A stretch of DNA of 64,000 nt, taken from assembly GCF_964355755.1 (NCBI RefSeq), contig NW_027306098.1:2501-66500 (forward strand), given 5' to 3'. Origin of the DNA: Antedon mediterranea. Its lineage: Eukaryota; Animalia; Echinodermata. A model generated the notes under the pieces. That model saw only the letters and a list, made by a program, of their open reading frames with translations, was not told the DNA's origin and did no database searches. The translations under genes were made by a program, and so were the position numbers. Below are positions 62,401 through 64,000 of this stretch, piece by piece (position 1 is the stretch's first letter; each line of letters opens with the position of its first letter).

Positions 62401-64000
62401 TGTGATTTGAAGCTATTTTGTGCACTTTGTTGTTTTTTGTGAAAAGTTTCATCGAAACGCACAAAATTGTCTAAAACGTCTCCAAATACGATATTAAGCT
62501 ATTGTATGCACTTTGTTGTTTTTGTGTGAAAAGTTGCATCGAAATGCTCAAAATGGTCTAAAACGTCTCCAAGTGCGATTTGAAGCTATTTTGTGCACTT
62601 TGATGTTTTTTTGTGAAAAGTTTAATCGAAATGCACAAAATGGTCTAAAACGTCTCCAAATGCGATTTGAAGCTATTTTGTGCACTTTGATGTTTTGTGT
62701 GAAAAGTTTCACCAAAATGCACAAAATGGTCTAAAACGTCTCCAAATCCGCTTTGAAGCTAATCTAAGCACTTTGATGTTTTTATGTTTCAAGTTTTTTC
62801 GAAATTCACAAAATTGTCTAAAACGTCTCCAAATCCGTTTTGAAGCTAATCTAAGCACTTTGATGTTTTTATGTTAACAAGTTTTTTCGAAATTCACAAA
62901 ATTGTCTAAAACGTCTCAAAATACGATTTGAAGCTCTTTTGTGCACTTTGATGTTTTGTGTAATAAGTTTTATAGAAACGCCTAAAATGGTCTAAAACGG
63001 TTTCAAATGTGATTTTAAGCACTTTGATATTTTTGTTTAATTAAGTTTCATCGAAATGCACAAAATGGTCTAAAACGTCTCCAAATGCGATTTGAAGCTG
63101 TTTTTGTGTGAAAAGTTTTTTCGAATTACACAAAATGGTCTAAAACGTCTCCAAATGCGATTTGGAAATCTTTTGTGCACTTTGATGTTTTGTGTCAAAA
63201 GTTTTATAGAAATGCTCGAAATGGTCTCAAACGGTTTCAAATGTGATTTTAAGCACTTTCATGTTTTTGTGTAACCAAGTTTCATCGAAATGCACAAAAA
63301 AATCTAAAACGTCTCCAAATCCGTTTTGAAGCTAATCTAAGCACTTTGATGTTTTTATGTTAACAAGTTTTTTCGAAATTCACAAAATTGTCTAAAACGT
63401 CTCCAAATACGATTTGAAGCTCTTTTGTGCACTTTGATGTTTTGTGTAATAAGTTTTATAGAAACGCACAAAATGGTCTAAAACGGTTTCAAATGTGATT
63501 TTAAGCACTTTGATATTTTTGTTTAACCAAGTTTCATCGAAATGCACAAAATGGTCTAAAACGTCTCCAAATGCGATTTGAAGCTGTTTTTGTGTGAAAA
63601 GTTTTTTCGAAATACACAAAATTTTAAGCACTTTGATGTTTTTGTGTAATCAAGTTTCATCGAAATGTACAAAATTGTCTAAAACCTCTCAAAATGCGAT
63701 TTGAAGCTATTTTGTGCACTTTGATGTTTTTGTGTGAAAAGTTTCATCGAAATTCACAAAATTGTCTAAAACGTCTCCAAATACGATATTAAGCTATTGT
63801 ATGCACTTTGATGTTTTGGAGTGAAACGTTTTTTCGAAATGCACAAAATGGTCTAAAACGTCTCCAAATGCGATTTGGAGCTCTTTTGTGCACTTTGATG
63901 TTTTGTGTAAAAAGTTTGCTATTTTGTGCACTTTAATGTTTTGTGTGAAAAGTTTTATCGAAATGCTCAAAATTGTCTAAAACGGTTTCAAATGTTTCAT

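Larger units (their letters stand above)
13635..64000 (+). repeat. 87-bp-family satellite array, forward orientation, roughly 600 monomers, continues beyond window end
   Basis: Uninterrupted tandem monomers of 87/86 bp with 78-bp (aaatgtgattttaagcac..) and 76-bp (..tgtaatgaaacgcac..) variants. No unique sequence seen. Confidence 0.98.

Noticed and set aside
13635-64000. Dozens of 60-150 aa ORFs repeating MRFEAILCTLMFLCEKFHRNAQNGLKRLQ, some joined by TAA-ATG
   Set aside because: The monomer is 87 bp (29 codons) with a stop-free frame. The 86- and 76-bp variants and stop variants break frames freely, so there is no sign of coding constraint.
1-64000. CRISPR-like array (palindromic repeat at regular spacing)
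   Set aside because: No unique spacers, since the whole monomer repeats. No cas genes, and the context is eukaryotic retroelements.
13635-64000. CENP-B box
   Set aside because: TTCG occurs, but the required downstream A..CGGG does not appear in the consensus or the common variants.

Overview
Eukaryotic (most likely animal) AT-rich heterochromatic DNA. About 53 kb is one satellite family with an 87-bp consensus monomer (variants of 86, 78 and 76 bp) that is itself an imperfect palindrome. The array switches orientation at 13,634 in a near-perfect fold-back junction and shows multi-kb, near-identical block duplications (offsets 4121, 4862, 8749 bp). Inserted in it at 2122-13083 is a full-length minus-strand Ty3/gypsy LTR retrotransposon with 586-bp LTRs (5 mismatches), a TTGA target-site duplication, PPT, a PBS-like site, a -1 frameshift signal and a frameshifted pol. 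Its gag is split by a 5'-truncated CR1-group LINE (8590-11223). The LINE landed co-oriented and in frame, making an uninterrupted 1003-aa Gag-capsid / partial-APE / LINE-RT fusion ORF downstream of the LTR. No host genes, RNA genes or CRISPR arrays are supported, and the short ORFs in the satellite are by-products of the 29-codon monomer. All comparisons were made by eye, with no database searches.
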